Positions 22,048-35,548 of a stretch of DNA of 64,000 nt are shown in pieces; the first letter of the stretch is position 1; the number at the start of each line of letters is the position of its first letter. The position numbers and the translations under genes are program-made. A model generated the notes under the pieces. The model saw only the letters and a program-made list of their open reading frames with translations. It searched no databases and was not told where the DNA came from. Source of the DNA: Leptogorgia sarmentosa (taxonomy: Eukaryota); NCBI GenBank assembly GCA_964658305.1, contig OZ210885.1, forward strand, positions 15,624,001 through 15,688,000, given 5' to 3'.

Positions 22048-22220
22048 TCATTCATTCATTCATTCATTCATTCATTCATTCATTCATTCATTCATTCATT
22101 CATTCATTCATTCATTCATTCATTCATTCATTCATTCATTCATTCATTCATTCATTCATTCATTCATTCATTCATTCATTCATTCATTCATTCATTCATT
22201 CATTCATTCATTCATTCATT
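22048..22220. repeat. (TTCA)n microsatellite, copy 1
   Basis: Perfect tetranucleotide run. Confidence 0.98.
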
Positions 22221-22496
22221 GGCATCACCAATGAGTTATTATATAATATCTAGTACTAAGTTAACTATGTATTGAAACATTAGTATAACACATATCGTTT
22301 AGGTAGTGAGTATATGTTGAATATATTGTTATCCGCTACCTACACTGACCACATATTGAAGTTTGAATCTTATTGTATCGTTTAGGTAGTGAGTAGAACT
22401 TTTGCTGCTTGTTGATGTTGTTATCTACTACCTATATATTGGTCACTGACATATTGTGAGTGAACTAAATTCTTTCATAAGTTGTAACAGGTTGAG

Positions 22497-23980
22497 CTAT
22501 TTTCTTTCACAGTAAATGCAGACAAATGGCAATTCTGTGGTTAATGCTGCAACTTGTTTTGCTGAGAGTTTTATGCAATGCTGAGGTGGCCCATAGTGAA
22601 ACCAATTGTCACAGACACTGCAGTGAACCATCGGTGCACCAGGGATATGCCTTAAACAGGTGCAATAAATGCTGACAACATATTCAGATCTACTGCACGG
22701 TGTTTCCTTTATTTCATTTGGGAACATTTCAATTCTGTTTTGTAAAAAGCATCTATCCAAGTGGTCTCGCATTTTATCTTGCTCCCATGTTAGTGTAGAT
22801 GGATCAACTCCATTAGCTAATGCTGTGGCATTCGCAATACAGAAAAGACCACAGTCAGAGGTTCCTCTTTGACGTTGTTGTAGAATGACTGTGATATCAA
22901 GGGAACCGTCATCATTACACAGCCCTTTGTAAATGGAGACTAATTGCTGCTTCAGAGAATCATTCACTGTCCTGTACAAACTCTCATACACGACAACCTT
23001 ACCAGAGGTGGAGCTTGATGTTACCCAATGCAAACCGATGTTATGGCACTGGATGGTTTTGTTGACACTATGCGGAACAGCAAATCTACTACAATGTGTC
23101 GTCGCTGCAATGCAGTTGAGACCACCAACCTTAGTGTTCAGCTGTTTAATGAGATGTTGGGCAGCATCAATGTGGTCATCAGTCAACCATCCATATTTGC
23201 TGAGTAGGATGTCTCGCAATTCATACGTTAACTTAATTCCATTAATAATCACCCATACATCTTGAGGACTATGACCTTCTTTGTTCTCTGTTTTGGATCC
23301 TTTGCACTTCTTTTTGTTACGACAGCCAGGATGTTGCGGCGTAGAACTCTTTCGTTTTCCATCACAGTTGTCATCTGGAACAATAACTGTCGCATTCCGG
23401 GACTCTGCTACAGATCCAACTCTTTTTCTAAAATACTCCTTCTTTGTCTTTCTCTTCGCCAATTTGCGAATTTTTAAATCTTTCGCTTTCACCTTTTTGA
23501 GTGACAATGATTTGTCTTTCAAAGAAATTCCATTTTCTTTTGGATGATGTTTCCACGTGTATCGAAGGACGTCTCGGACTTTTTTGGGGGTCTCATTCAA
23601 TACATCTTTATCTGTAATTACATACAGCTCATCAAGAAGGGACTTTACCTCTTGAATGCACTGTCTCCTTATGTTGGATTTTGTTCTGCATGGTAGGCCT
23701 ACTGTAACAGGCTTGCTCTTTTGCAAAGGACTTTCTTCCACGGATGAATTGCGTACTGCTTCGTTTGTTTCACTTTCGTCTGGTTTTGAATGTGATGTCG
23801 GCCAAGAGGTGTGGTTAGGAACAACGGTAGAATTTGACATGTTCGGGGAATTGATGACCACCTGATCCAATATGAATAAAGGATGAGTGTTAAATCTTGA
23901 TCCCAAAGATTCCCATCCTACTCCTGGTTGTCGAACGACAGCACATATATGTTTGCAAGGCAGTCTGTTGGTTCTGTAGT
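22497..23980 (-). pseudogene. Duplicated MULE 3' region: partial SWIM, Ulp1/C48 protease, PHD finger
   Basis: Same as 25619-27102. Confidence 0.85.
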
Positions 23981-25177
23981 CTATACACTGGGTAACTGGT
24001 TATCAGAGCCTAGCCATACTTGATAAAACTGTGTACCACTCCTTACATTAAAAAGCATTGGCGTCGATCGGGAGATGTTCAAATTTTCGATGTCAGTGGC
24101 ATTCCTCTTCATTATATGTTCCACAATGCCTCTGGTAATTGTCAAAATGAATAAAACATGACAAAAAAACACCTACACAAATCTAAATTTATAATGTCAG
24201 TCATTTAGCAAAACAGGAAACCCCCTGATCCAGGATACCGCGTTGCCTGATCGCAGGCAAAAGTTCATGTTGCCTAGGTGATAACATGAAGAATGGTCGG
24301 CACTAGATCATGGTTAACGTACGTACATATCCGCGACTGCTGTACATTCACGTCAGCGGTGTTCTTCAAACTAGAAGTGTCATAAAACGACTATGTTAGT
24401 GAATTAAAAACTCACAAACTACCTGTTCATTCTAATTACATCATTACATCTGGTCATCATGGTGCGAAAATATTGTGTATTGAATTAGTGTCTAGTGGTA
24501 AGTGTTAAGTAAGTAATACTATTTAACAATTAGTATCATGTTTTGAAATTAAAAATTTTGACTTAATTCTAGACAAATGAATTCAAATCAATATTGCCTG
24601 TATTAATTATGTGTATGAGAAATGTTGCTTATTATACAAAGGCTACACAGGGTAGTAAAACATCTTGTTGACTAATCAGTTTATGAAATGATTAAGTCTT
24701 AAAAGATAAACTTTATCAGTTTAGGAAGTCATGCAAATGAATGATACCATTATCATCTGACAATATGGTACAACCAGACTCACACAGTATATGCACTTTG
24801 CTCATGCACATGGAACTAGACCAAAATTTAGCAATAAACTCTAGGTAAAAGTAAGAGCTTTGGAAAGAAATTTCATTCTGTTGACCAAAATCCTGCTATT
24901 CCATCCTCAAATGGATATGTCCCCAAATCAGTCAAGTTTACACTCTGCATTGCACAATTTACTGACTAGGTAACAAGCTAGAGATTTCGAAGAAGTTATT
25001 TTGATGTGCTATTCAATTTAATATTTTTGTCAAGAAAATAATAATTTTGTTACTTGCTATTATTATCATACTACTAGTACACATTTATCTATGCATTTAC
25101 AATGTCTACAATATATATGTATAAACATCTATCCTATACATATACATATAAATTATTTACAAAAAATATATTTACAA

Positions 25178-25342
25178 TCATTCATTCATTCATTCATTCA
25201 TTCATTCATTCATTCATTCATTCATTCATTCATTCATTCATTCATTCATTCATTCATTCATTCATTCATTCATTCATTCATTCATTCATTCATTCATTCA
25301 TTCATTCATTCATTCATTCATTCATTCATTCATTCATTCATT
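25178..25342. repeat. (TTCA)n microsatellite, copy 2
   Basis: Perfect tetranucleotide run, 8 bp shorter than copy 1. Confidence 0.98.
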
Positions 25343-25618
25343 GGCATCACCAATGAGTTATTATATAATATCTAGTACTAAGTTAACTATGTATTGAAAC
25401 ATTAGTATAACACATATCGTTTAGGTAGTGAGTATATGTTGAATATATTGTTATCCGCTACCTACACTGACCACATATTGAAGTTTGAATCTTATTGTAT
25501 CGTTTAGGTAGTGAGTAGAACTTTTGCTGCTTGTTGATGTTGTTATCTACTACCTATATATTGGTCACTGACATATTGTGAGTGAACTAAATTCTTTCAT
25601 AAGTTGTAACAGGTTGAG

Positions 25619-28600
25619 CTATTTTCTTTCACAGTAAATGCAGACAAATGGCAATTCTGTGGTTAATGCTGCAACTTGTTTTGCTGAGAGTTTTATGCAA
25701 TGCTGAGGTGGCCCATAGTGAAACCAATTGTCACAGACACTGCAGTGAACCATCGGTGCACCAGGGATATGCCTTAAACAGGTGCAATAAATGCTGACAA
25801 CATATTCAGATCTACTGCACGGTGTTTCCTTTATTTCATTTGGGAACATTTCAATTCTGTTTTGTAAAAAGCATCTATCCAAGTGGTCTCGCATTTTATC
25901 TTGCTCCCATGTTAGTGTAGATGGATCAACTCCATTAGCTAATGCTGTGGCATTCGCAATACAGAAAAGACCACAGTCAGAGGTTCCTCTTTGACGTTGT
26001 TGTAGAATGACTGTGATATCAAGGGAACCGTCATCATTACACAGCCCTTTGTAAATGGAGACTAATTGCTGCTTCAGAGAATCATTCACTGTCCTGTACA
26101 AACTCTCATACACGACAACCTTACCAGAGGTGGAGCTTGATGTTACCCAATGCAAACCGATGTTATGGCACTGGATGGTTTTGTTGACACTATGCGGAAC
26201 AGCAAATCTACTACAATGTGTCGTCGCTGCAATGCAGTTGAGACCACCAACCTTAGTGTTCAGCTGTTTAATGAGATGTTGGGCAGCATCAATGTGGTCA
26301 TCAGTCAACCATCCATATTTGCTGAGTAGGATGTCTCGCAATTCATACGTTAACTTAATTCCATTAATAATCACCCATACATCTTGAGGACTATGACCTT
26401 CTTTGTTCTCTGTTTTGGATCCTTTGCACTTCTTTTTGTTACGACAGCCAGGATGTTGCGGCGTAGAACTCTTTCGTTTTCCATCACAGTTGTCATCTGG
26501 AACAATAACTGTCGCATTCCGGGACTCTGCTACAGATCCAACTCTTTTTCTAAAATACTCCTTCTTTGTCTTTCTCTTCGCCAATTTGCGAATTTTTAAA
26601 TCTTTCGCTTTCACCTTTTTGAGTGACAATGATTTGTCTTTCAAAGAAATTCCATTTTCTTTTGGATGATGTTTCCACGTGTATCGAAGGACGTCTCGGA
26701 CTTTTTTGGGGGTCTCATTCAATACATCTTTATCTGTAATTACATACAGCTCATCAAGAAGGGACTTTACCTCTTGAATGCACTGTCTCCTTATGTTGGA
26801 TTTTGTTCTGCATGGTAGGCCTACTGTAACAGGCTTGCTCTTTTGCAAAGGACTTTCTTCCACGGATGAATTGCGTACTGCTTCGTTTGTTTCACTTTCG
26901 TCTGGTTTTGAATGTGATGTCGGCCAAGAGGTGTGGTTAGGAACAACGGTAGAATTTGACATGTTCGGGGAATTGATGACCACCTGATCCAATATGAATA
27001 AAGGATGAGTGTTAAATCTTGATCCCAAAGATTCCCATCCTACTCCTGGTTGTCGAACGACAGCACATATATGTTTGCAAGGCAGTCTGTTGGTTCTGTA
27101 GTCTATACACTGGGTAACTGGTTATCAGAGCCTAGCCATACTTGATAAAACTGTGTACCACTCCTTACATTAAAAAGCATTGGCGTCGATCGGGAGATGT
27201 TCAAATTTTCGATGTCAGTGGCATTCCTCTTCATTATATGTTCCACAATGCCTCTGGGACGGTTATGAAGATTGTTGGGTACGCGGCTATCATAGCTTCT
27301 GTAGGCGTTCGTTGATTTGATGTTGTGTTCCTTGTACCTTCCAAAAACAAAAAATAAAACAGAATTGAAAATTGAAAAAAACATGGATAACAACATAACA
27401 ATTGCCATTCTTCCGTATGAACCTGTTTGAAATCCTACTGTACAGGCGTCAAAATCACATGTGTTCCAAAGCCACAAACCAAAGATTATATAGATTATAT
27501 GGATACGCACTTTTTGTAGCTATCAGGTAAAAACTGGTTTACTATTATTTCCGCCAGATCACTTATGGAATTATTTCTCCGCCCGTCAAGGTATGATTGC
27601 TTCAGCCAATTGTTTTGCCTTTCAATTCCATTATTGGTGTATATCGCAACCCGCAAAGACTCGTCACGGTAAAAACGAACGCATTTCTGTAGAAAGTGAT
27701 AGTACTGTAAGTCTTATTTTTGTTACTTTTTAATAAACGTTTACTCACAACATGTGTTCATGCATTTAAATGATAAGAAAACTGTACCTCTAGGTGCAAG
27801 CCCCAAAACCCATTGAAATATGATGCCTGATGCCTTCCAAATTTTACTGTGTTTTAGTATAGCAATATTGTGGTCGAGTTGAATTTTATTCACACTCCTT
27901 GCAATGTTTCGCAGGTATTGCAACACTTCGTCTCGGTTATCTGTTACCTGAAAAATAAAACCCAGTCTTGGATTACAAAGTCATGGGGAGACATGTAACA
28001 TTACTAACATTTTAGTTTAACACCGTGTCCATGTTTTCTAAAATATTTTGCTCCACTTTCTGTACACAATTGAGTCGGTTAACAAGGTTGTTTTACGTAC
28101 CCCATTGGTGTTCTTTGACACCCACTCATTCCACGCTTTTTCTCAATGAAAATCGCAAACGTGAATGTGCGTTTCTGGAAATTGAAAAAAAAATACACTC
28201 TATATTTAATGCAAAAGTATACAAATTTGCTAACTTCAAGGGCTATATTTCTGGAATTTTAAAACACTTTTCAATCAATCTTCGCAGTTTTCCTAACTGC
28301 AAGTCGCTCTTTCTACCTGTGCTACTTACGTGGAAAACATTCGTCGATGGCTGCTATTTCTGCCAAAGAAAAGTCAACCATCATATTTTTCGGATGCCAA
28401 GCTGGGTTTTCTTTTTGCAGTATCTTAAAAACTTCAGATATGGAATCTGCATCTTCATTTTCGGGAATGAAAACCGCGACAACAATGTAACCGACATTGG
28501 AGCATACACATAAAAAGAAAAGTGGCAGCGCATATCTATATGGGTTGAAATCGAACAAAATGAAAGATGCAAAAACCAAATGCATATATGCATGTTCGTT

Positions 28601-30620
28601 ATGGCACATGACCTAATAATTAAATCTACTTTCCATTTAAATTCCATCAGTTGTACCTGCACGTCCTGTATGTGGCGTCCATTAAGCACGTTTCTTGACC
28701 ATATAAAAGAAGCGAGCGTTTCATCCATTCGGATTGATAGACAAATAAGAATTTCGCTTCCCCTTCCTCTGTTGATGGCTTGAAAGTAAATAAAAACATT
28801 AATCATTTGGTAGCTAATTTGTGTGTGTTTCGCACGATACTTCTTACTAGATTGGACTTATACTTTCAGCTACGGACACCGCTTCTACACTTTATCGAGT
28901 AGTTAAAGGGTTGGGTTGAAATGAAGGCTTGCGTACCCGGTAGAAAATGGAGTCTTCCGCATTTAATTCTTTCCACACTTTGCATTTAATTTGGAGATTG
29001 ATCTGATCGTCCGGGGCCTTTCGCTCACCAATTCGGGATGCGTACAATATATTTCGAATGTCACCATCAGTAGGGTAGTAGCGTCTGCTAAATTGGGATG
29101 GGAGGTTTTCCCCATGGAACAGGTCATTCTTTACATGGGTTCTCAGGTGACGTCGAACTTCTGCCGTACTACGCATGCCCATCACGTCCATCTCTCTAAT
29201 TTTCGCAACAATGCGTGGATTGATAGGCTCTCTCAAACCAGCTGCCTAAAAAGGCAAGGGCATACACTATCTAGCAGGTGTGTTTGAGGTGCAGGTACGT
29301 GTCTATGTAGGACGATGTTCCTTCATCGGCGTTTCAGGTGATTCGTATCAATCGTATGTATATAAATTACGTAGGGATAACTGTTTTTTTTTGAACAAAA
29401 CAAAATTAAATTTGCCGGTAGAGGGTATAGGGTATAGTAAAGATGAAGTATTAGCAAGCAAAACCAACCAATAGCAAGATTACATGAAGTTTATCATCTA
29501 TCCTTTTGATATGAAAAACCTGTGTACAATGTGTGCATAATTTAGGGCAATCCTAACAGCCCTGAAAATCAATTAGTACCAATCATGAATATGTTGCATA
29601 TACCTTGCCTTCTGTTGTGTGAAACTGGTGACTAGTCACTTCTGGAAACTTAATGCAAAACTCATCAATAACTAATAGTTCCTTTCCTGCTTTCAGGTCC
29701 TCTTTCAATAATGCAGCAGCTGTTCTCATTTTCCTGTCTGGTTTTTCTCCATTTGGCCCAACATCAACCTAGCACAATATCATTTCATATTGATCCCAGT
29801 TTTTCTTGATGATGATTACAATTCATAAAGTACCAAATAGAGTAAAATAACACAGTACAGTAAATATAATGTATTTTCTGTGCAATTGTTGTTTAAATAA
29901 AGGTGTTTAAACATTTAAAATTGCTTGTATATAGCATAGGCATTTTTTTCTCTGATAAGAAATTCAGAAAGGAACTTTAGGGGTTACAGTTATATGTGGT
30001 AAAAATGTATAATACTACAGCAATTTTCTGGATATATGTAACATACATACACAAACCTTATATTTGGAAAACTTAAACTCTTGACATTGTGATTTTGCTA
30101 GGGCAGCCAAGTTTTTTTGTTGGTTGTATATGTTTCCTTCTTTTTCTAAAACTATGGTCATGATTCTAAGAAAACACATGAAGAAATTAAGTCATGTATT
30201 CTTCACTTTGCCATATCATTTTGAAAGAATAAATTTCAATTCAAAATAGATCTCACCTCTTTCTTATCTCGTTCTTCTTGTCGTCTTCGTTTTGTTTTTG
30301 CATCAACATCATCACCTTGGTGACACTGGTAAATAACTGTACCAACACACATAAAAGGTACCCCATCAAATGGAATTGATATACCACTAGGATTTACTAC
30401 ACTCCATTGAATCCTTGCTACACCTTTTTTGAGCTTCATAACTTCTTTAAATGTTTTCCCTAAATTAAATGCATAAAATAGAAACTTGATGTAGCACGAA
30501 TTTCGGTCCATTGAAGTTTTTTTTGCAAAATGAGGGGAAGTACTTTAGAAGTGGGATGGGGCAGAGCATTCAACCATTTCACAGCTTCACACTCATCAAG
30601 AAAGCCCCTTCTCTGGTAAA
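25619..30620 (-). pseudogene. Multi-exon MULE transposase: CaRF-like N-terminus, DDE, SWIM, Ulp1 protease, PHD
   Basis: IPFDGVPFM...CHQG; RRYYPT..DIRN; RYALPLFFLCV.SNVGY.VVAVF; MVDFSLAEIAAIDECFP; YTNNGIERQN; C.D....LPCKH; WLTDDHID/LHWVT/QRQ...DCGLF; CTC...CSVCDNWFH...C...CIYC. Exon limits approximate; frameshifts present. Confidence 0.85.
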
Positions 30621-30904
30621 TTTAGTTCTACTACACTGGTGGTACATAATTGTAACACTAACCTGTTGAAGGTCTTAATACATCCACAATGTTAGATAAT
30701 GAATGAGTCAAAAGTGTAAAGAAGTAAAGTAAAGAGTCCAACTGTAAAGAAGCCATTTTGCATCTCTATTATCGATTTTCGCGTGCTTGGCAATTGGCAT
30801 TTAAATATTCCCGCACAACTGCGCGCTATTTGACTATAATTGTTATTGCGACACACCGCTGACCCCAATGTACAGCAGTCGCAATTATGTACGTACGTTA
30901 ACCA

Positions 30905-31733
30905 CATTGAAATAAATAAAACTGGAAGGCTACTTCCGGCAGGACACTTGAAGCCAAATCGGCCCCAGTCTTTCCACGTAATGTAGACACGGCCAAAACA
31001 AAAACATTTCTGTTTTTTGTTGAAAAAACTTGTACAAAATTCGCAAAAAATAGTTTTAGGAGGATATGAATCATTTATATGTAACATAAATTTGGTGAAT
31101 GTTTGGTTTTCATAATAATGACCAGTTTTTGCCAAATTTTGTATGGTGCTGCCTGAAAAAACTAGCGCTTTTTGTAAAAAAAACCCGAACGGCGATAAGT
31201 GGCCTTTTGAGGTTTTGCCACTTTTGCTATGTCGGGCTGTCATTTTTCGTCTATTCTTGACATTTTTCAAAAATTGTTCGCCCACAGGCGACCATGACAT
31301 AGTCATAGACTAAAATCTGTTGTGATTCCATTTGTAGCCAGCTTTCGAATCAATATGTCAAGCACATGAGATCCGTTTTAATCGAGACACAATCGTTTGT
31401 TTTCGGCGAGTTTACCTTACAGAAATTCAATTGATCGCCATAAAATTTAATTTTTCTGTATTCATACCACTAGAAATGGCTTTGAAGCTGTAAAAAAACA
31501 GCAAAATCACTTCTCTATCGCATCGCAAATTCCTACGTTCTCTTTTGAGTTTTGAAAACATGTTGTTGACTTGTTCGCTCCTTTTCTACCGCGCGAGAAT
31601 GTCACGAAGCTGAACTCGCGTGAAATTACCCCCAGACACGCGTGTCTGGGGGTAATTCCACGCAAAATTTTGGCTTCAATTTTTTCGCTTCCGTTAATAT
31701 GAAGGTAGCCTTCCAGTTATATATAGTTCAATG
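30905..31733. mobile_element. P-element-like non-autonomous transposon inserted in the MULE right TIR
   Basis: 29-bp TIR CATTGAAATAAATAAAACTGGAAGGCTAC / GTAGCCTTCCAGTTATATATAGTTCAATG; 8-bp TSD GTTAACCA (30897-30904 and 31734-31741). Confidence 0.88.
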
Positions 31734-32004
31734 GTTAACCATGATCTAGTGCCGACCATGAAGAATGTTCAGAAATTCAAAATGGCGGCCAGTTACGGAG
31801 ACAGAAAATGGCACAAGTTTGATGTTAATTTTCTACTTATTGTGCACAATTACGAATGGGGGCTTGGCACTTCTGAACACAGGGGACATAAAGACATTAA
31901 ACTATGAAGAAATTTCTTAGCCTTCCGAGATGTGCAACGAACTTGAACAAAATGTGGAAAATGTGACGGCCTACTAACAATTCGTAGTTATTGTCTAAGG
32001 CAAA

Positions 32005-34075
32005 TTATATGTTAATGTTAATTCTTCTGTTGGAAATTGATGCCCACTTTCTGATGAGAGTATCAATGTCTAAGTTCAGTGCAATATCTCTGTTAAGTGT
32101 TATGCACATCAAATCACTTAATCTTTCAGAGGTCAGAGATGACCTCAGCTTCGTACATATGCAGTTTATAGCCGAGAATGCTCTTTCTACACTTGCAGAG
32201 GATGTTGATAGAGTGTTTTTTACATTAATCAGCTTCATTAGGTTTTCAATTCCTCTTCTTCGCATAGGCAAGCCGAGAGAAATTTCATATTTTGCTTTCC
32301 TTGCTTCAGTTTTCAATAAGGTTTTATTGACATTCAAGCAATTAAAAAGTTTTCTGATGTAGCGTCAAATGCTTCACAAGCTTTCAAGATATTTACATTC
32401 TTATCATCAAATCAGACTATGAACTCTTCCTCCAATTTAGCCTGCATATAACTGTTAAGTGTAGTAATAGAATTTTTTAGTTCAGCTTCAATTTTTTCCT
32501 CACTTCTTTCAAAGCCCCCTGATCGAGTATTGTGTATTGTATTATCCAGCACCGATGGAATGGCCACTTTCTTGGAACATTCTTCAGCAGCCTCATAAAT
32601 AGCTTCCTCCGTAATTTCTTTTAACCCCAATCTTGTTCTGGTAACACAGTACTGAACCTCTGTCCAATTGATATCTACAGCTTGTAGCTCTTTAGATAAA
32701 TTGTCTAACTCAGCTAAAAACAATTGCAACGTCACCAAGGCTACGACGAATTTACCAGTCATCAATTTGTGATAAAATCCTGCAGCTTCATCTGCATGCT
32801 TAGCTCCATGTACTGCTCCATTGTTGCTTACTTCAGCCAAAGTTGTGAGTATACATTCAGGCTTTTCTGCAACAAAATCAATCGCTTCAAATTTGCAAGA
32901 CCACCTCACCTCGAATTGTTGAGTTAAGTATTTAGTTTGCGTTTTTGGAAACATTTCGTGGAATATTTTCTGGTATACAGGTCTCACTTTACCAATATTC
33001 AGAAAGGAATACAAGCCGGTAATAGTAGCCAGAACATCGACAGCTAACAGAGAATCTTTTACCAAGTCATTCACAATCAAATTTAACCTGTGTGCGGTGC
33101 AATGAATGTAGAGAATCGATGGAAAATGTTGTGATCTTAAAATCTCACGCACACCAGCATACTCCCCACTCATCACACTTGCTCCATCTGCACCAAGACT
33201 AATGACAACAGATCCATCTGAATGCTGTGTAATGAATTCTATTAAGTCTTTCGTATGAGCAGCTATTGTCTGTGCATCAAATTTAGTCAGATGTTTAATC
33301 TCAATAAATCGCTTAACCACCTTTTCACTATAATAGCGCACAGCAAGTGCTAGCTCTTCCTTTTTCCCTTTATCCTTATTCTCATCAATAAGGACTGAAT
33401 ACATTCCACAGTTTGCAATTTCTGAATAAATTGCATCACAGACACTATTGGCCACAACTGTCACAAATCCATTGAAAGATGTTTTAGAGGTGTAATCTGT
33501 ACTTCGAGATTTGGTGACCTTCTCATGTAACTCCTGAAAACTTGCATTTGTCTCTAATTGTAGCTTAATAAATGACAACCAATTTCCCTGTTTCTCTGAT
33601 TCTTCTGTCTCATAATGACCTCTGGTTCAGACAATACATACTTGAACAAAATTCTAAGATAGTCTTTGTTCTATTTTGCAATTTCATTTGTGTTAGGGCA
33701 TAGCTTATCTGCAATGCTTTTCAAGGCCCCTGATTCTATCATTTTCTTTCTACTCCATGCATTGTAGCTAAACTAGTGTGATTCAGAAGACTCATGTTTA
33801 CCATATCCCTTTCCACTTTCCATAGCATTGCCCCAATTTCTGAAACCAGTCGTCACAAATGGTGAAGAATTTCCTGTTTTTGAATATTTCCTACAGCAAA
33901 AGCAAAATGCAGCATCTTTCTGCACATTATACTCCAACCAGTCATACTTCTTATACCAGCTCTGTTGAAAGGATCGGGTTCTGTGAAATTTCAAGGCCTC
34001 ATTGACTGGATAAATGGAAACTTTTGGTTGTGTCAACTTAGTGCCAATCCTTATACAACAGTGTCTTATGTCCAT
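32005..34075 (-). pseudogene. hAT transposase (TTF zinc finger / ZMYM1-ZNF862-like), degraded
   Basis: RSFQQSWY..YDWLEY....DAAFCFCC; YSVLIDE; ADGASVMSG; YIHCTAHRLNL; EVRW; SSASVERAFS....KLRSSL. Likely upstream exons at ~39480-39975, beyond the Kolobok. Confidence 0.9.
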
Positions 34076-34243
34076 TTTATGTGAAAACTAATTTCTTAAT
34101 CTTAGACGTGCTGATAAAATTAAAGAATGAGTCTCACGGTAATGCATTGCGCGCTCGTGTTTACTTGTGGCTAATTAATATTCCGATCTCTGTGTGTGAA
34201 TAAAGAGCGTCAATTATTTAATGATAGTATTACTACACTAAAA

Positions 34244-35517
34244 ATGTCGGAATCTGAATCAGATCCGGACTTAACTGTTTCGCGATACGAAGAAGACAAT
34301 CCTAACTATTACGGCTCGCCAGTTTATGAGGAACACACCCCAGTCGAACCAGAAGCAAACCAACCCGCGCTACCAACGACAGTTGAATGTAATACAATCG
34401 ACAATCGAGCTCAAGTGAGTGACTCATTTTCTTTTACTGGTTTTTCTATGTTCCTTTACATGCAGGATTAGAGTGAGAATGTCAACAATATTCATATTCA
34501 TTCATTTAGTTTTGTTCTTGCAACAATACTTGTTCAAAGAAAAGCGGAAGAAAAAAATGTGGGTGACCTTGTCGCGATGAATCGCTTCAGTGCACTGAGA
34601 AGTGCACTTGCGGAACGAAGATAGCTGCATGCAATAATAAACAAACCGAACAAGGCATGGCAGATTGTAACGCGGGGGAAACGTCATAGAATCGCTGTTG
34701 AAGAAGCCAAACAACAAATTACGGTACGGGTTTTTGTTTATAGTAAGTAGTGAGCATGTATGTTCTCGCATTGCCCAGATAAATATTTGCTAGTTACATG
34801 GAAAGTTCAAAATATTCAAATGTTCAGTCATACTGTAGACATATATTTTAATAATTAAGGGAATGTTGCTTTTGAGATGGTATATACAAATGGTAAGTGC
34901 CTACTATAAGTGCTTATGATCCTCCAGTGTGGACCAATTTTGTGCCTATTGTTGTAACAACAAATCTTAGTAATCTTAGTGTTGAGATGTTATTTGCTCA
35001 AACATTTTCTCACAAGTGAAATATTCTCTTTTTCAGGGATTTATTGCTACTTTGAGCGAAGAGCAGAAGGATAAACTTTTGCTGGAAATTCTATCCAATG
35101 GTAAAGGAAGCCTAGACTATGCTAAAAACCTGGTGCAATGTCAAGAACCCCCCACCACAGCCTTCAACAAAACCACCTTGGTGTGTATGTGGAGTATGCC
35201 AACCCATGCCAACAGAGGAAGAAAACAAGTGTTGTGGCAAAATCAGGTGCACGACATCATATGTGACATTTCTGAACACTTGTCTTGATAGAGATGTTTT
35301 GGTCATGGCTATTAGGGGCAGGTCTGACCTAAGAGCAGAAGAACCAGGCTATTCTACAAACAGTTTCAGGAAAGCAGCCTACCGCCAGTACATCCTCTGG
35401 CAGTACAAGAAATTAGGTAGAGGAAATCGGAAAATTTGCCCATCTTGTGTTGTTTTGGCAATACACCATGTTTATCCAGCTGATGATGGATTCTACATGG
35501 GATTCAAGAGGGCTTGA
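34244..35517 (+). pseudogene. KolX accessory protein (P2X7 ballast-like Cys-rich domain), spliced, 1-bp frameshift
   Basis: WCVCGVCQPMPTEEENKCC...CL...RKAAYRQY..W....LGRGNRKICPSCVV.AI...YP...Y.GF. Confidence 0.85.
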
Positions 35518-35548
35518 TTGATACATGTATATATATTTATATAACTGA

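Larger units (their letters stand above)
21005..27256. repeat. 3.1-kb near-identical tandem duplication (21005-24134 / 24135-27256)
   Basis: The copies give identical ORF translations; the only difference I see is two (TTCA) units. Confidence 0.97.
24295..31757 (-). mobile_element. MULE/Mutator DNA transposon with Ulp1-PHD module (extra left TIR copy at 21165)
   Basis: TIR GGTCGGCACTAGATCATGGTTAAC...; 9-bp TSD ATGAAGAAT (24286-24294 and 31758-31766); MULE transposase motifs. Confidence 0.93.

Noticed and set aside
21961..22275. ORFs with (FIHS)n repeats (also 25091-25375)
   Set aside because: Translations of the (TTCA)n microsatellite.
30692..31306. 204-aa minus-strand ORF
   Set aside because: It crosses the boundary between the P-like MITE and the MULE TIR and has no recognisable motifs; likely spurious.
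35119..35517. Host P2X7 receptor gene
   Set aside because: Only the Cys-rich ballast-like domain is present, with no channel domain, and it lies inside Kolobok TIRs.
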